Origin: the human T2T-CHM13v2.0 reference genome, Homo sapiens
Assembly: GCA_009914755.4 (NCBI GenBank)
Contig: CP068257.2
Location: forward strand, 14,464,001 to 14,528,000
Direction: 5' to 3'
DNA length: 64,000 nucleotides
Numbering within the stretch: position 1 is the stretch's first letter; each line of letters opens with the position of its first letter. The notes below the pieces were generated by a model that saw only the letters and a program-made list of their open reading frames with translations, ran no database searches and was not told where the DNA came from. Shown piece by piece: positions 36,731 through 54,024 of the stretch. Made by a program: the position numbers and the translations under genes.

Positions 36731-38030
36731 TTCATTTCCGGAAGATCCTAGGGGGCCAGTGGTCAGCTCCCAACCACTGGACTGTATGCTATCTTTGGGG
36801 GACTTGTATTGGGCCCTGACTTTGTTCTCCGGCTCCTTGAGGTTAGGAATCCACTGCGCGGGAGGGGCTGAGGGGTCCCAAGATCAGTGGTCACTACACT
36901 TCAATGAGTGGTGTCAGCCAAAGCATTTCAAAGTGTGGGGACAGCGGGATTCATCCTCCTTTGCGAATGCCCACAGCAGCAGTAGCAACAGCTGTGGCAG
37001 AGTACTAGCGGGTATTGTGGTGCCTGCCTCCCTGTGGATGTTTACCACGGTGGCAAAGGCAGTGCAGCTGGGGAGGGGGTGGGGCCCCTGCTGGTGACTG
37101 TGTGCAGGGTCCTGCTGGAGGTGGTATTGGCTCGGGGACAGGGTGCCTGCAGGCACAGGTCTAGGTGCCTTTTCTGTGCCCCGCAAGCAGGAGCGATCCC
37201 TCAGGGCAGGGGAGAATTCTGCTGTTCTTTGTTCAGTGTTAGTGCAAGGTCAGGGAGCTGGCAGGGGCAGGGATGGCTGGCTCTGTGCCTGCAAATGTTC
37301 CATCTGCAATGGTGGTCCGTCGGGGGAGGTGGGGTGGTCTGTACTCCCATGTGCTGGCAGGGCAAGGAAAGCAAAATCTGCTCTCACAGATGTGAGCCAG
37401 CAAAGTAATGTGAGGAGTTGCCTTGGGCCTGGGAGAATCTACAGTATGTGGGTGGGAGAGTTTGTGGGCTGGTGTGTGTCTGTAGGGGCCACCCCATTGG
37501 AACTCTCCACCAGTCAGACATGGCCCACCAGCACAGAAGCTATGCTGTGAGTCCCCAGGGCAATCGAGACTGCTCTGCCAGGAGGCATGGCCAGGCTGGG
37601 GCCCTGAAAGAGGGCAGCAAGCCAAGGGGTGCTCAAGTCGTACTTGTTATGTCTGATGTTCAAGGCTGCCTTGCAGAGTTCAGGTCTGACAGTTCCTCTA
37701 GGGCTAAAGTCTCCTAAAGGAGCAAGTCAAGTCTAGGGGGTGACTGTCCTTGGCTGTGCTATGTTATAGATGCTCTCGCATCAAACTCTCTGGGTTCCAC
37801 ATCAGCTGTCTTGTTGCCCCTACCACTTCTCTAAGCAGCTCTCCCTGCCAACTCAAATGCCCTTGATGGTCGAGGGATTTCCTCCTGCTGGAGTCCCAGA
37901 GCCCTGCGGTGAGGGTGGGTTGCTCCTTGCCAGTTCAACTCATCCATTTCCCTGGAGCCATTGTGAGCCAAGAATGAGTCCTGCTGCATGGGAGCTCCGT
38001 GCCAAGGTTCCCAGTTTTCTTCCCCTTCAG
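36731..38030. other. Unclassified GC-rich ~1.3 kb block between the truncated L1 and Tigger1
   Basis: The composition switches abruptly to GC-rich, moderately CpG-containing sequence, with long chance ORFs on both strands (e.g. 37770-38297, 37239-37625) and no tandem periodicity. It does not resemble L1 ORF1, an Alu, or any other family I can recognise, and the encoded peptides match no protein I recognise. Confidence 0.3.
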
Positions 38031-40597
38031 CTTAGCTTCTGTGTCTTCCCTCCACTCTTGGTGCCTTCGCTCTGCAGATCTGTTAGGAACAGATCTGTCT
38101 CCGTCCCTAGGTGGGAGCTGTTTCACCTGGCTGCGTCTAGTCAGCCATCCTACCCTCCCTCCTTTCTTGGCATTATTTTTCTAACAACATGTGCTTACTT
38201 TGTGTCTCTGTGCCACATTGTGGTGATTTCCTCAATATTTCAAACCTTTTTATTGTTATTATATCTGCTATGGTGGTCTTTGATAAGTGATCTTTGATAT
38301 TACTATTGGAATTGTTTTGGGGCACCATGAACCTCCTGCATGTAAGAGGGCAAACTTAATTGATAAATGTTCTGATTGCTTCATAGCCTAGTCGTTCCCT
38401 TATCTCTTTCCCTTTCTTTGCTCTTCTCTATTCCCTGAGACACAACAATATTGAAATTAGGGCAATTGATAACCCTATAATCACTTCCAGGTGTTTGAGT
38501 GAAAGGAAGAGTCACACATCTCTCACTTAAAGAGCTAGATTAAGCTAGATTAATCTTAACAAGGAAGGCATGTCAAAAGCCATGACAGACTGAAAGCTAG
38601 GTCTCTTGCACCAAACAGTGTGCCAAGTTGTGAGTGCAAAGGAAAAGTTCTTAAAGGAAGTTAAAAGTGATACTCCAGTGACCCCAGTAATGATAAAGTG
38701 AAACAGATTTATTGCTGATATGGAAGAACTTTAGTAGTCTGGATAGATCAAAGCAGGCACAACATTCCCTTAAACCAAAGTCTAATCCAGAGCAAGGCCC
38801 CAACTCTTCAACTTTTTGAAGAACGAGAGAAATGAGAAATCTTCAGAAAAAAAGTTGAAAGCTGGCAGAGAGTGATTCCTGAGGTTTAAGGAAAGAAACC
38901 ACCTTTATAAGATAAAAGTGCAAGGTGAAGCAGCAAGTGCTAATAGAGAAGCTGCAGTAACTTATCCAAAAGATCTAGCTAAGAGCATTGACGAAGGTGG
39001 CTACATTAAACAACAGATTTTGAATGTAGATGAAACAGTCTTCTATTGGAAGAAGATGACATCTAGGATGTTTATATCTAGAGAGGAGAAGTCAATACCC
39101 AGCTTCAAAGTTTCAAAGGACAGGCTGACCCTCTTGGTAAGGACTAATGCAGTTGGTAACTTTAAGTTGAAGCCAATGCTCATTGACCATTCTGAAAAGT
39201 CTTAGTGACATTAAGAATTATGTTAAATCCACTCTGCCTGTGCTCTATAAATGAAACAACAAAACCTGGATGACAGCGCATCTGTTTACAGCATGGTTTA
39301 CTGAATGTTAAGCCCACTGTTGAGACCCACTGCTCATGCACAGAGAAAAGATTCCATTTAAAATATTTCTACTCATTGACAATACACCTGGTCACCCAAG
39401 AGCTCTGATGGAGATGTATGAGGAAATTAATGGTATTTTCATGGCTGCTAACACAACATCCGTTCTGTAGCCCATGGATCAAAGAGTAATTTCAACTTTC
39501 AAATTTTGTTACATAAGAAATATATTTTACAATGCTATAGTTGGCATATATCATGATTCCTCTGATGAATCTGGGCAAAGTAAATTGAAAACCTTCTGGA
39601 AAGGATTCACTCTTCTAGATGTCACTAAAAACATTCATAATTCATGGTAGGAAGTCAAAATATCAACATAGCAGGAGTTTGGGAGAAGTTGATTCCAATC
39701 CTCATGGATGACTTGAAGGGGTTCAAAACTTTGGTGGAGGAAATAACTGCAGATATGGTAGAAATAGCAAGAAAACTGGAATTAGAAGTGGAACATGAAG
39801 CTGTGGCAGAATTGCACAATTTCATGATAAATTTGAATGAATAAGGTGTTGCTTCTTGTGGATGCAAAGAAAGTCATTTTTGAGATGAAATCTACTCCTG
39901 GTAAAGATGCTGTTAACATTACTGAAATGACATCAAAAGATTTAAAATATGACATAAACTTAGTTGATAAAGCAGCAGCAGAGTTTAAGAGGATTGATTC
40001 TCATTTTGGAAGAAGTTTTACTGTGGGTATAATGTTATCAAACAACATTGAATGTTACAGAGAAATCTGTCATGAAGAGAAGAGTCAATCTAAGTGGCAA
40101 ACTTCACGGTCTTATTTTAGGAATTTGCCACAGACACCTCAACCTTTGGCAACCACCAGCCTGTTCAGTGAGCAGCCATCGACGTTGAGGCCCCCTGAGG
40201 AGGTCCCAGGCTGTGGCAGGGGTTCAGGCTGGTGGAAAAGTGGGAGAGAAGAGTCAGGGGACAATTGGGAAGTGTGATGATATGGGGAAAGAGGGATGGA
40301 GTGGAAGCCAGAACCCATTGCTTCCAGTATCAATCTTTTTCACTAGCAAAAAGGTTATAACTTGTTAAAGCCTCATGTGATTGTTAGAATATGTTAGCAA
40401 TAAAATATTTTTAATTAAGGCATGAGCATTTTTTTAAGATATAATGCTATTGCACACTTAATAGACTACAGCATACTGTAAACATAACTTTTTTGTGCAC
40501 TGGGAAACCAAAACATTCATGGAACTTGCTTTATTGTGATATTTGCTTTATTGCAATCGTCTGATACCAAATTGACAATATCTCTGAGGTATGCCTG
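38030..40597 (+). mobile_element. Tigger1 DNA transposon (pogo/Tc1-mariner), near full length, transposase frame decayed
   Basis: Internal matches to Tigger1: '...gggcaattgataaccctataatcacttccaggtgtttgagtgaaaggaagagtcacacatctctcacttaaag...'. Transposase remnants include '[92 protein letters not shown]' (38918-39205) and '...[32 protein letters not shown]...'. 3' terminal inverted repeat 'ctttattgtgatatttgctttattgcaatcgtctgataccaaattgacaatatctctgaggtatgcctg' ends at 40597. 5' boundary approximate. Confidence 0.85.
38918..39205 (+). pseudogene. Tigger1 pogo-type transposase remnant (DDE/CENP-B-like region), non-functional
   Basis: The 95-aa ORF is highly similar to the Tigger1 transposase segment '...[38 protein letters not shown](L/F)YWKKMPSRTF...[32 protein letters not shown]'. 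Flanking frames are broken. Confidence 0.7.
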
Positions 40598-41115
40598 TAT
40601 TTTATCTTTATTTGTGATAAGTTCTTACACATTTGATAAAACAAGTTATTTATATTGAAATGCATTTGATCGTATCTCTTATTTAAGAAGAAAATTTGGA
40701 ATTTTCCGTGAAAAAGCCTGCTGAAGTAATCACCCTCTGCAATTTATAAATATTAGAAACATTGGTCAAGTTTTAGAATATTTTATTGCCTATTAAATGT
40801 TATGTGACTGTGTTAAATTATTATATATTATTTGCATAGTGTGAAAGCTTACTTTTGCTTCACGAATTATTTTAAATGGAAAAAATTCTCAGTTATACTT
40901 GGAAGAGAAAAATCACATGTCCATTTTGGAGTGCATTTTAAATTGTGCTACAAAGAATGACAAAACACTGCAGTAAATGTGACGTTTGAAATTTTATAAG
41001 GAGTATGATATAAATACCACTTTTTAATAGTATTTATAAAAGTGGAGCCATGATACATTCTGGCTATAACAACCATAACAATATTCCATATTTTTAATAA
41101 TATGAATGTTTTTAA

Positions 41116-41615
<500 letters not shown>

Positions 41616-41873
41616 GAAATGCTTCTTATTTGTTAGTGTGGCAGCGATGATAACAGCACCCCCAGACACCCTGGTAAATCGCTTCTCTCGAGCGCTTTGT
41701 TGTGGTCTTCGTTGAGTTCTGAGTGAGGTGTGAAATCTGAGAAGACAGAATTTGTTTTCATTCTTCAGTAAGTAAGTTAGCATGTGGTTGTGCCTAGCAG
41801 AGTATCTGGCACTTAGCGGGCCAGTTAAATAAACCTGGATTTAAAACCAGACTTCACAAAATTTGCTGGGAAT

Positions 41874-44817
<2,944 letters not shown>

Positions 44818-46337
44818 TCAGTTTTCTTGTGCATAAAATGGGAATAATAACTGCCTTCTGGAATTGTAGCGGGAAATAAATACAATTGTAGCTCTCGGGT
44901 GCTAAGCACAGGGCTGGGACCTAGTAAATGCTCAGTAACTGCTCATTACTCTTTTTTCTTATTTTGCTTCCTTTTTTTTTTCTTCACTGTTGTCTTTTTA
45001 TTTTCTATTTTAAGGATATTGGCTTAGTAAAAGAAACTAAAATACATCTGCATATAAATTAAATAAATGCCTCATTTTTAAACATTCTGTGAGTGTCTAT
45101 GTATAGCTGGTACCTTAATTGTAGTTGTTCAATAAATGATTTATCTTACTTTGGGAACTTTCTTAAAAAGCTTAAATCCCTCAATGTTAATAATAGTGAA
45201 AATCTTATGTTTGAAAAAATGCTTTTGAAAAACATATATTGGGTTACCCTTTTAAAGAAATATACTTAATATTGATATGAGTAATTTTTTAAAAGTAATC
45301 AAAGCTTTAGAGAGTAAGAGAAGAAATAAAAAAAAACAAAAACATTATGACAGTGTTTATATCCCTACTTATTAAATTCAACATGGAAAACAAGGAAGTA
45401 GAAAGTACTTTGTAAAATACCTAAAATGCCTGAATATAAGAAGTATTTGGATATTATAGATAACATTTTCTATACTACAATGTCACCTCAAATAGTGTAC
45501 ACACACAGTTATGAGGATATGATAGTCACTTAGAGGATTCATGCTGGGATTGAATAGTAGGACCACACATTTTAGGAAATTTTAAGCAGAAATGCTTTAG
45601 AAGAAATAGTCTTTATTTATTTATTTTTTTAAAAGAGCTTTTAAATTACTGAGTTCAAATACAGAAGAAGGCCTAAGTTTGAATTCATGGCGTATTGCTA
45701 TAATGCACTATTAGACTAATCCTTCATTTTCTTGTCAATTAAAGACTTACCTTTATTCACTGATTCACTTATCAGTAATTCGCTCGGTATTTTAAAGCTG
45801 GCTGTTAAAAATCCCTTTGTTTATGGCAATAAGGCACCATTCATTTTGTGAACTTTATAAAACCAACCTCTGCCAATTTTGCTCTTTGAGAATAGCTCTA
45901 AAGATGTGTTCCCACAGTAATTACTGATTCCAGAGATGTTCATTAAAGAATGAAGTCAGAGGCAAGTGTTTGAAACAATTGTATCCCACCAAAGCCAGCT
46001 TTACTGCGCACCTTCCCAGAATCTACAGTTTCTCCACGTTTAAGAAAATCACTGAACAACTTCATACAAAATTTGTACTTTTGAGTGCTTTTACCTGCAG
46101 TAGCATTAAAGATGAGTATTATTTTTTACATATTTGTATTGAAATCAGATGCAGGGAAAGATGGAGGGAAAGCTAGGATGCTTTGAATGTGGGCCCAGTT
46201 GTCCGTCATATAGCTTCTGTGAATAGTATGGGTCAATCTTGTGTTCCTGCTCTATGTTGCCCACTTACCCAGAGTGACCAGGGTGAGAAAAGAAAAGGAG
46301 GGGAGAAACTTCAGTGAAGCCAGCCAAATCTTAGCAG

Positions 46338-46385
46338 AGAAAAATAAATAAATAAATAATAAATAAATAAATAAATAAATAAAAT
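46338..46385. repeat. (AAAT)n simple repeat
   Basis: aaataaataaataaataataaataaataaataaataaataaaatgg. Confidence 0.9.
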
Positions 46386-47184
46386 GGTTGTGGAGTTGAA
46401 TATTTCTTTTAAAATGGATTTGTTATTGCAGAAGAGTAGGAAGAAAAGTTTAATTCTTTTATTAGCTTATTATCAGAACCTGAAATGCTGGAGTGTGTTT
46501 TAGGTACTGCATAGCTATCCTGCAGTTACAGCCCAACCTCCCACTGAGCCATAATGGGCAAAGGAAGAGAGAAAATTCACAGTGAGAGAGCAGGGAGAGA
46601 GAGATTTTGCTATCAGCCTGTCAGTGACAGATCTGAATGATAAACGCCTTACAGAAATGAAGTTACATTTATTTTTATTGCATGAAAATATATAACAGAC
46701 AAAGGAAGGAAGTCAGAAAACGGGATTAGGTATATTTTCTAAATCTTTAGGTGTTAAACAGACTAGAGACCAGTCACTTGTAAATGAACACATTCCTTGT
46801 TTGGATGCAAACAACCCAGCCAAATTAGTTTCCTAAGTGCTTGGAAACAGCTTTCTGTTTTTGGCTTCCAGACCTGAGTTCTTTCATTCATACTATTTTT
46901 TTTTTCTTTTTGTTCAATCCTTATTAATCACCAATATTTCAAATACTTTGTAAATATAGATTGGTTTCATTAGAGTTAATGTATTTGGGGGCCAACAGGT
47001 TGAATGAATGATTTTATTTTAAAATTCCAAGATCCTGCCTGATACCTGGAGTATAATACTGAGCATCCTGAGGAGAAATGTTGCAATAGCAGGCTTTTGT
47101 GAACCATATCCCAAGAACTGCAGATCCTTGCACTGTGGTGACTGGGAACATTTACTCAGGATTCAGCCTGCTAGCATTTGAACA

Positions 47185-47665
<481 letters not shown>

Positions 47666-47880
47666 TTACATACTGATGACTGGAGCACCTTTTTAAAAAA
47701 GTTATGCTTATTCCTAAATAAAAAATAATTCACATACCTATTACCAAAAATTCAGAAAAATAGAACTATAGATATAAACCGTATTTAGAAAATAAGAATC
47801 CAGTGTTATCTTACTACCTGACTGTATCTATCCACTATCAGTACAGCTATCAGATGCCTTTATTAACATGATCCCATTCA

Positions 47881-48228
47881 GGCTGGGTGTGGTGGCTCAC
47901 ACCTGTAATGCCTCTCTTTGGGGTGCTGAGGCAGAGCAGATTGCTTGAGCTCAGGAGTTCAACAACAGCCTGGCCAACATAGAGAAACCTCATCTCTACA
48001 AAAAAATACAAAAATGAGCCAGGCGTGGTGGCATGTGCCTGTAGTCCCAGCTACTTGCGGGCAAGAGGATCGCTTGAACCCGGGAGGTGGAGGTTGCAGT
48101 GAGCCGAGATCACACCACTGCACCACTGCACTCCAGCATGGATGACAGAGCAAGACCCTGTCTCAAAAAAATAAATAAATACATAAATAAAATGAAATAA
48201 AGAAAAAAGAAAGAAAATTCCTATTAAA
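47881..48228 (+). mobile_element. Alu (AluS-like), full length with a long A-rich tail
   Basis: 'ggctgggtgtggtggctcacacctgtaatgcc...ggcgtggtggcatgtgcctgtagtcccagctacttgcgg...gcagtgagccgagatcacaccactgcaccactgcactccagcatggatgacagagcaagaccctgtctc' followed by 'aaaaaaataaataaatacataaataaaatgaaataaagaaaaaagaaagaaaa'. Contains a small internal duplication (ccactgcaccactgcac). Confidence 0.9.
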
Positions 48229-48494
48229 AAACACTTACTGTGTTTATTACAAGTTAATTATTTACTGCCAGTTCATAGCCATCTTTCCATCAATAAATAT
48301 AGATGTACCAACTGATTGATGTTAGTGTCTTCATCATGCTCCATGCTCCATAGTGGTCCATAATTTAAGTAGTCACCCCTGGCATCTTAAATATTTTTTG
48401 TAAATATAGATAATAAAAATGCCTTCAGTCAGCACATTCTTGTTTGCTGTCCCTGGAGTGTTTGGATGACCATTAAAAATGGCAGAAGGCTGAC

Positions 48495-48670
48495 TTGGTT
48501 TTTAGGCCTGAATTACAGCCCTGCCATCTACAAGCTGTGTGACTGTGAGCAAGTTACATAACCTTACTGTATCACAAGTATTTTTTTTCTCATTTATAAA
48601 ATGATGATAATAAGAGTATCTAGCTGACATGATTGCTGAGCAGAGAAAGATGTTAAGACACATAAAGCTT
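48495..48670 (+). mobile_element. MIR SINE fragment
   Basis: 'ctgccatctacaagctgtgtgactgtgagcaagttacataaccttactgtatcac...ctcatttataaaatgatgataataagagtatctagctgac...' matches the MIR core (CTGCCACTTACTAGCTGTGTGACCTTGGGCAAGTTACTTAACCTCTCTGTGCCTCAGTTTCCTCATCTGTAAAATGGGGATAATAATAGTACCTACCTC). Confidence 0.55.
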
Positions 48671-49070
48671 TGGAGACTGGTTTCTGGTCTATGATTTTTA
48701 CTCAGGAAGTATTAGCTTGAGGCTATGTAAAATCTTGGCATTTCTCCCAAATCATCAAAGGTAAATTATGTTATTCCTTTGAATTAGCTAAATTGTATTG
48801 CTATAAAAATTTACTTGCAATCTTAACATTTCACTGCAATATGTATGCATACTTTGGGATGTTTACATGTGAAAATGCACATTATCCTACACACTTCAAT
48901 TCTCAAACCATGTTGGTTAGAGAAGAGATTAATAGTTATTTCTAGACACACTATACACAGAACAATTTGGAGAAAAATCACCATTGGACAGTAGCAACTA
49001 GTTTAATATTTGGCGTCTTTTATTTTCTCTTTTAACATTTCCAAGGAATAGGGGACGCTCTTGTCAATGA

Positions 49071-49368
<298 letters not shown>

Positions 49369-50251
49369 AGTGACTAAGGTTTATTACACCACCTGGATAG
49401 ATGCAGGGCTAGGGGCATGAAGACAGGAAGGTACTCCCACTTTTCAAGGACAGAATGTGGGGCGGGTGGTAAAATCTGAAGAGATCCTGAAAAATTGTCC
49501 TCCTTTAGGTGTTGTGATGTATTGCTTCTGCAATGGCCATCCAATCTTAAATACCTAAGTCTAGATATGGCATCCTTATTATGTAATTCTGGAACAAAAG
49601 TTACCCTAATAAAGAGCTTCAAACCCGCTAGGACCCACTCAAAATAGGGTAATAATACTCCAAGACATTCAGAAATTTCCTCTGTTCCCAGTGGGCTAGT
49701 CAGGACAGGGCAGTGAGAGCCCTCAGGCTAGCTCCCCTGGCCTCAGCAACTCCATTCACTTCCCCCAAAAGGGTCCTAAATAAATTTAAATTTCTCTATG
49801 TACCTCGACATGAAATAGTTGGAAAGCACACTCTTAAATGCCACTTTACTGACTGTACTGGCTAAAACAATGAGCTGTGTACGTATGAAAAAGAATGTTC
49901 ATGTGTTTTCTTTGTCAATTACATTAATTTATACCCTTGCTAGTGTTTCTGAAAGAGACTAATAGTTCCCTCAAATACATTTAATGACCCAGTTTGAGAA
50001 ATACTGTTCTAGAAATTAACACTAGTAATAATTTTGTGCTCATATGATTACACATACAAATATAAATTCTTGCAACTTAAACTCCATAGAAAAACTTGGA
50101 TGTAACCTGGCTATGTGGATGAAAAACTGCTAATGTTAATATGTCTTTTAGCAGATGATCAAAATAAAAACAATACAATCTAATAATTCCCATAAACATC
50201 TGAAATCCTCTAAAAACATGTCTATGTAGACCATAAGGTAATATTATTCTA

Positions 50252-50436
50252 AAGCAATGATTCCCAGAATGTGCTCCCAGGGCAGTAGATCTGTATCATC
50301 TAGAAACTTATGGAAAGCTAATTCTTGTGACCCACTCCAGATTTACTGAAACAGAAGATGTGGAGGATGGGACCCAGTCAACTGTAGTTTAAGAAGCTCT
50401 TCAGGTGATTCTGATGTGCTCCAGTTTGCAAACCAC
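50252..50436 (+). mobile_element. MER5A-like hAT-Charlie non-autonomous DNA transposon fragment
   Basis: '...gattcccagaatgtgctcccagggcagtagatctgtatcatctagaaacttatggaaagctaattcttgtgacccactccagatttactgaaacagaagatgtggaggatgggacccagtcaactgtagtttaagaagctcttcaggtgattctgatgtgctccagtttgcaaaccac' matches the MER5A pattern (...GGAACTTGTTAGAAATGCAAATTCTCGGGCCCCACCCCAGACCTACTGAATCAGAAACTCTGGGGGTGGGGCCCAGCAATCTGTGTTTTAACAAGCCCTCCAGGTGATTCTGATGCACGCTAAAGTTTGAGAACCAC). Confidence 0.6.
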
Positions 50437-51762
50437 ATAATGAGGCTGAGTCCTTTTCAGTCATTCCACACCAAATGAGCACTGTCGTATGTTTACCTTA
50501 GGAAACATACCCTCAATTGAGTGGGGCTGCTGATATTTCAATTCCTTTTAAAGAGTTTGTCTCAGAGCCAATCTGTAACAAAAGAGAAATTCAGTTTCAT
50601 TATTTTATAGTCAAATCTCATTAAGTAGTTGCTGAGATGTTTGTATGAAACTCAGATTTGACTTTGCCCTGCACTGTGAACAAAGACGATGAAACATTTT
50701 CACATTTGGAATGATTAGTCATCAGGAGATGCAGTCACAAAATTTTATTGAAAGCCTAATATTTATTCAAAAGCCTTTGATAGACTGCTTTTGGAACTTC
50801 TGCGACATTCTCCACCATAATATTGTTTAGCCTCTAACTCTCCCTAAATTGCCTTTGGTCAGAAAAGTTAACGTGGTTACTGCTTTGTTTATTTGACTTT
50901 CCTACCTCCTGATTCAGAGTAGAGTTAGCTTTGGAAGGAGACTAAGAGTCAAGCGCTTGCCTGAGTAAAACCTATTTTTGGCCAAGAGAACTCAAAACCA
51001 AAACCTTATATATATCCACCTTATTGCCCAGCTAACTTGGCTACTAATTTCTCTGCTACTATGAAATTCTCTTTCAAATTCCTAATTCATAGTCAAGTCT
51101 CATCTTGTTCCAGAGCAATTATGGTGGTTGGGAAGCCCAAGATGAGAAGGGTAACACAGGAACAAGGAAGCTGAATCCTAACAGTCAATCCTGCTTGTTC
51201 CTACTATCTCATACCTTACCAGCATTCCATCCTGAGGACTTAACTACCAACTTCAAGCTAGCCCATGTCTCATCTTGTGGTTCATCATGTCTCGTCATTT
51301 TGTGGCAAACTGTCCAGGATGACCCCCATTTTTTGCAAAAAAAGAAGACACAGAGGGGGAATAATCTTGGTTTTTCTCCAAACCCTAGATGTAGCTCATA
51401 TCTGTGTTTCCTGAAGTTTTCTCTCTAGTACTCTTGCAGCCTGAGGCTTTTTCCAGAATCCAAGGGAGTGGGAAGAAAAAATGAGGGAAAGTCATGGTCC
51501 CTGAAGAAAGAGGGACGCTCAGTAAAGTCCAGCAGACAGAGCACCAGCCAGGGATGTGGTGGGCGGAGCCAAGGACATTAAGCTAAAAGAATATGAAACT
51601 TAAATCTATTGCCATGTCCCAGGGAAAAGTGGTGATGAAATTTCAATGAACAAAGCTTACTGTTATTTATCACTTTGTATGTACCTTTACTTTTTTACAC
51701 AAATGAGATCATATCACATATTTCTTTTGAAACTGCTTTTTTTTATTTAAAAATTTATGACA

Positions 51763-52288
<526 letters not shown>

Positions 52289-52317
52289 TATATCTTTTTC
52301 TAAGCCTTCACAGTATA

Positions 52318-52919
52318 GGTTGAGCATTCGTTATCCAAAATACTAGGGACCAGCAGTGTTTTGGATTTTCGATTTTGGAATATTTGCCTATGCACAATGA
52401 GCTATCTTCCAGATGGAACCCAAGTATAAGCACAAATTTCATTTATGTTTCATATGCACCTTATATACATAGCCTAAGGTTAATTTTATCCAATATTTTA
52501 AATAATTTTGTTCATTAAACAAAGTTTGTGTCAAGTACTTACATGCGGAATTTTCTTTTTTTTTTTCAGATCTTTCTTTTTTTTAATTTTATTATTATTT
52601 TACTTCAAGTTTTAGGGTACATGTGCACAATATGCAGGTTTGTTACATATGTATACATGTGCCATGTCAGTGTGTTGCACCCATTAACTCGTCATTTAGC
52701 ATTAGGTATATCTCCTAATGCTGTCCCTCCCCCCTCCCTCCACCCCACGACAGGCCCCGGTGTGTGATGTTCCCCTTCCTGTGTCCATGTGTTCTCATTG
52801 TTCAATTCCCACCCATGAGTGAGAATGGAATTTTCTACCTGTGGCATTGTGTCAGTGCTCAAAATTTCAAATTTTGGAGCATTTCAGATTTGGAATTTTT
52901 AGATTAGGAATGTTCAATC
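52318..52919. mobile_element. Palindromic non-autonomous DNA transposon (MITE-like), interrupted by an L1 3' fragment
   Basis: Terminal inverted repeats 'ggttgagcattcgttatccaaaat...' and '...ttggagcatttcagatttggaatttttagattaggaatgttcaatc' (reverse complement gattgaacattcctaatctaaaaattccaaatc). The internal sequence matches a recurrent human MITE whose consensus I recall as GGTTGAGCATCCCTAATCC(A/G)AAAATCC(A/G)AAAT...GGAGCATTTCGGATTTCGGATTTTCGGATTAGGGATGCTCAACC. I cannot name the family with confidence. Confidence 0.5.
52556..52826 (-). mobile_element. Short L1PA-type 3'-end fragment (~270 bp incl. tail) inserted into the MITE, with a 9-bp target-site duplication
   Basis: T/A-rich tail, then 'tacttcaagttttagggtacatgtgcacaatatgcaggtttgttacatatgtatacatgtgccatgtcagtgtgttgcacccattaactcgtcatttagcattaggtatatctcctaatgctgtccc...gtgttctcattgttcaattcccacccatgagtgagaa'. 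Target-site duplication 'ggaattttc' at 52547-52555 and 52827-52835. Confidence 0.85.
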
Positions 52920-53163
52920 TGTATTCTCTTGTTGTATAAGATACCTATAAAAACCATCTTCTATACTTATTGCTTTCATTTTTTTTGACCAGACTCTTTA
53001 ATGTTTTCCCATGAGTACTTAGAATAAAACCCTAAAATACCAGCATGAGCATTTGCACTGTTTTATTTGTTAATTTTAATATTTATTTATAACAATGATA
53101 CTTTAAAATTTTTCAAAACCAAGACTATATACAAATATATACTGAGATGTTCCCTTTCCACCA

Positions 53164-53439
53164 TTTTTATTTATTTATTTATTGAGACAGAGTCTCACTC
53201 TGTCTCCCAGGCTTGAGTGCAATGGCGCGATCTCTCTGCCTCTCGGGTTCAAGTGATTCTCCTGCCTCAGCCTCTGGAGTAGCTGGGATTACAGGTATGC
53301 ACCACCGTGCCCAGCTAATTTTTGTATTTTTAGTAGAGATGGGGTTTCACATGTTGGCCAGGCTAGTCTCGAACTTATGACCTCAGATGATCCACCCACC
53401 TTGGCCTCCCAGAATGCTTGGATTACAGGTGCCCAGCCA
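53164..53439 (-). mobile_element. Alu (AluS-like) with small internal deletion
   Basis: '(ttta)n ttgagacagagtctcactctgtctcccaggcttgagtgcaatggcgcgatctctctgcctctcgggttcaagtgattctcctgcctcagcctctggagtagctgggattacaggtatgcaccaccgtgcccagctaattttt...gcttggattacaggtgcccagcc'. The segment 'ggctcactgcaacc' is missing. Confidence 0.9.
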
Positions 53440-54024
53440 ATTCATTTTTTTTCTGTAAAATTAATGCTACTCTGATGGCCCCTAATTCTGACTAAACTCC
53501 TTTCAGAATCTAGGATTATTAATCATCTTAATTTTTTTCTGAATTATAATAAAGTAGATAATAATCTGGGCATCTCAAATGCCATTTCTCATCCTATAAT
53601 TCTGAAAAATATTGTTTAGTTGATGCCACACAATTCCTGGTAATTCTTTGGAAAAAGTTAATATGTGGGACAATATAATTGTCAAAAATAAACCTGGGAT
53701 TTTTCTTCCATGATCTTCCATAGGTAGCAAAGGAGAATTAGTACAATTTAAATGTAGGCATGTTTCTGAAATTTAGGTTGTTCACCCATGGATACATAGT
53801 CTTACTAAATATCTTATTTCATATTATAACATTAAAGGGATTTATAAAGATTGAATATTATAATCTTACTTGAACCGATATTTTACTGCTTTTTTCTTAT
53901 TTTAATTAGCATGTCAGTAACTGTAGAATGGTATCAGATAACCTTTAGTCTTGTTTATTTCCAACAAAACTTTTCTAATTCTTGAAAGATTAACATAATC
54001 TTGCACTAATTTGCATTCTAGTAC

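Noticed and set aside
36914-38297. Long ORFs on both strands of the GC-rich block (e.g. 37770-38297 175 aa; 37143-37550 135 aa; 37239-37625 128 aa)
   Set aside because: GC-rich DNA yields long stop-free frames by chance. The ORFs overlap one another on opposite strands, have no recognisable domains or motifs, and have no start/splice context. Treated as non-coding; the block itself is retained as an unexplained feature.
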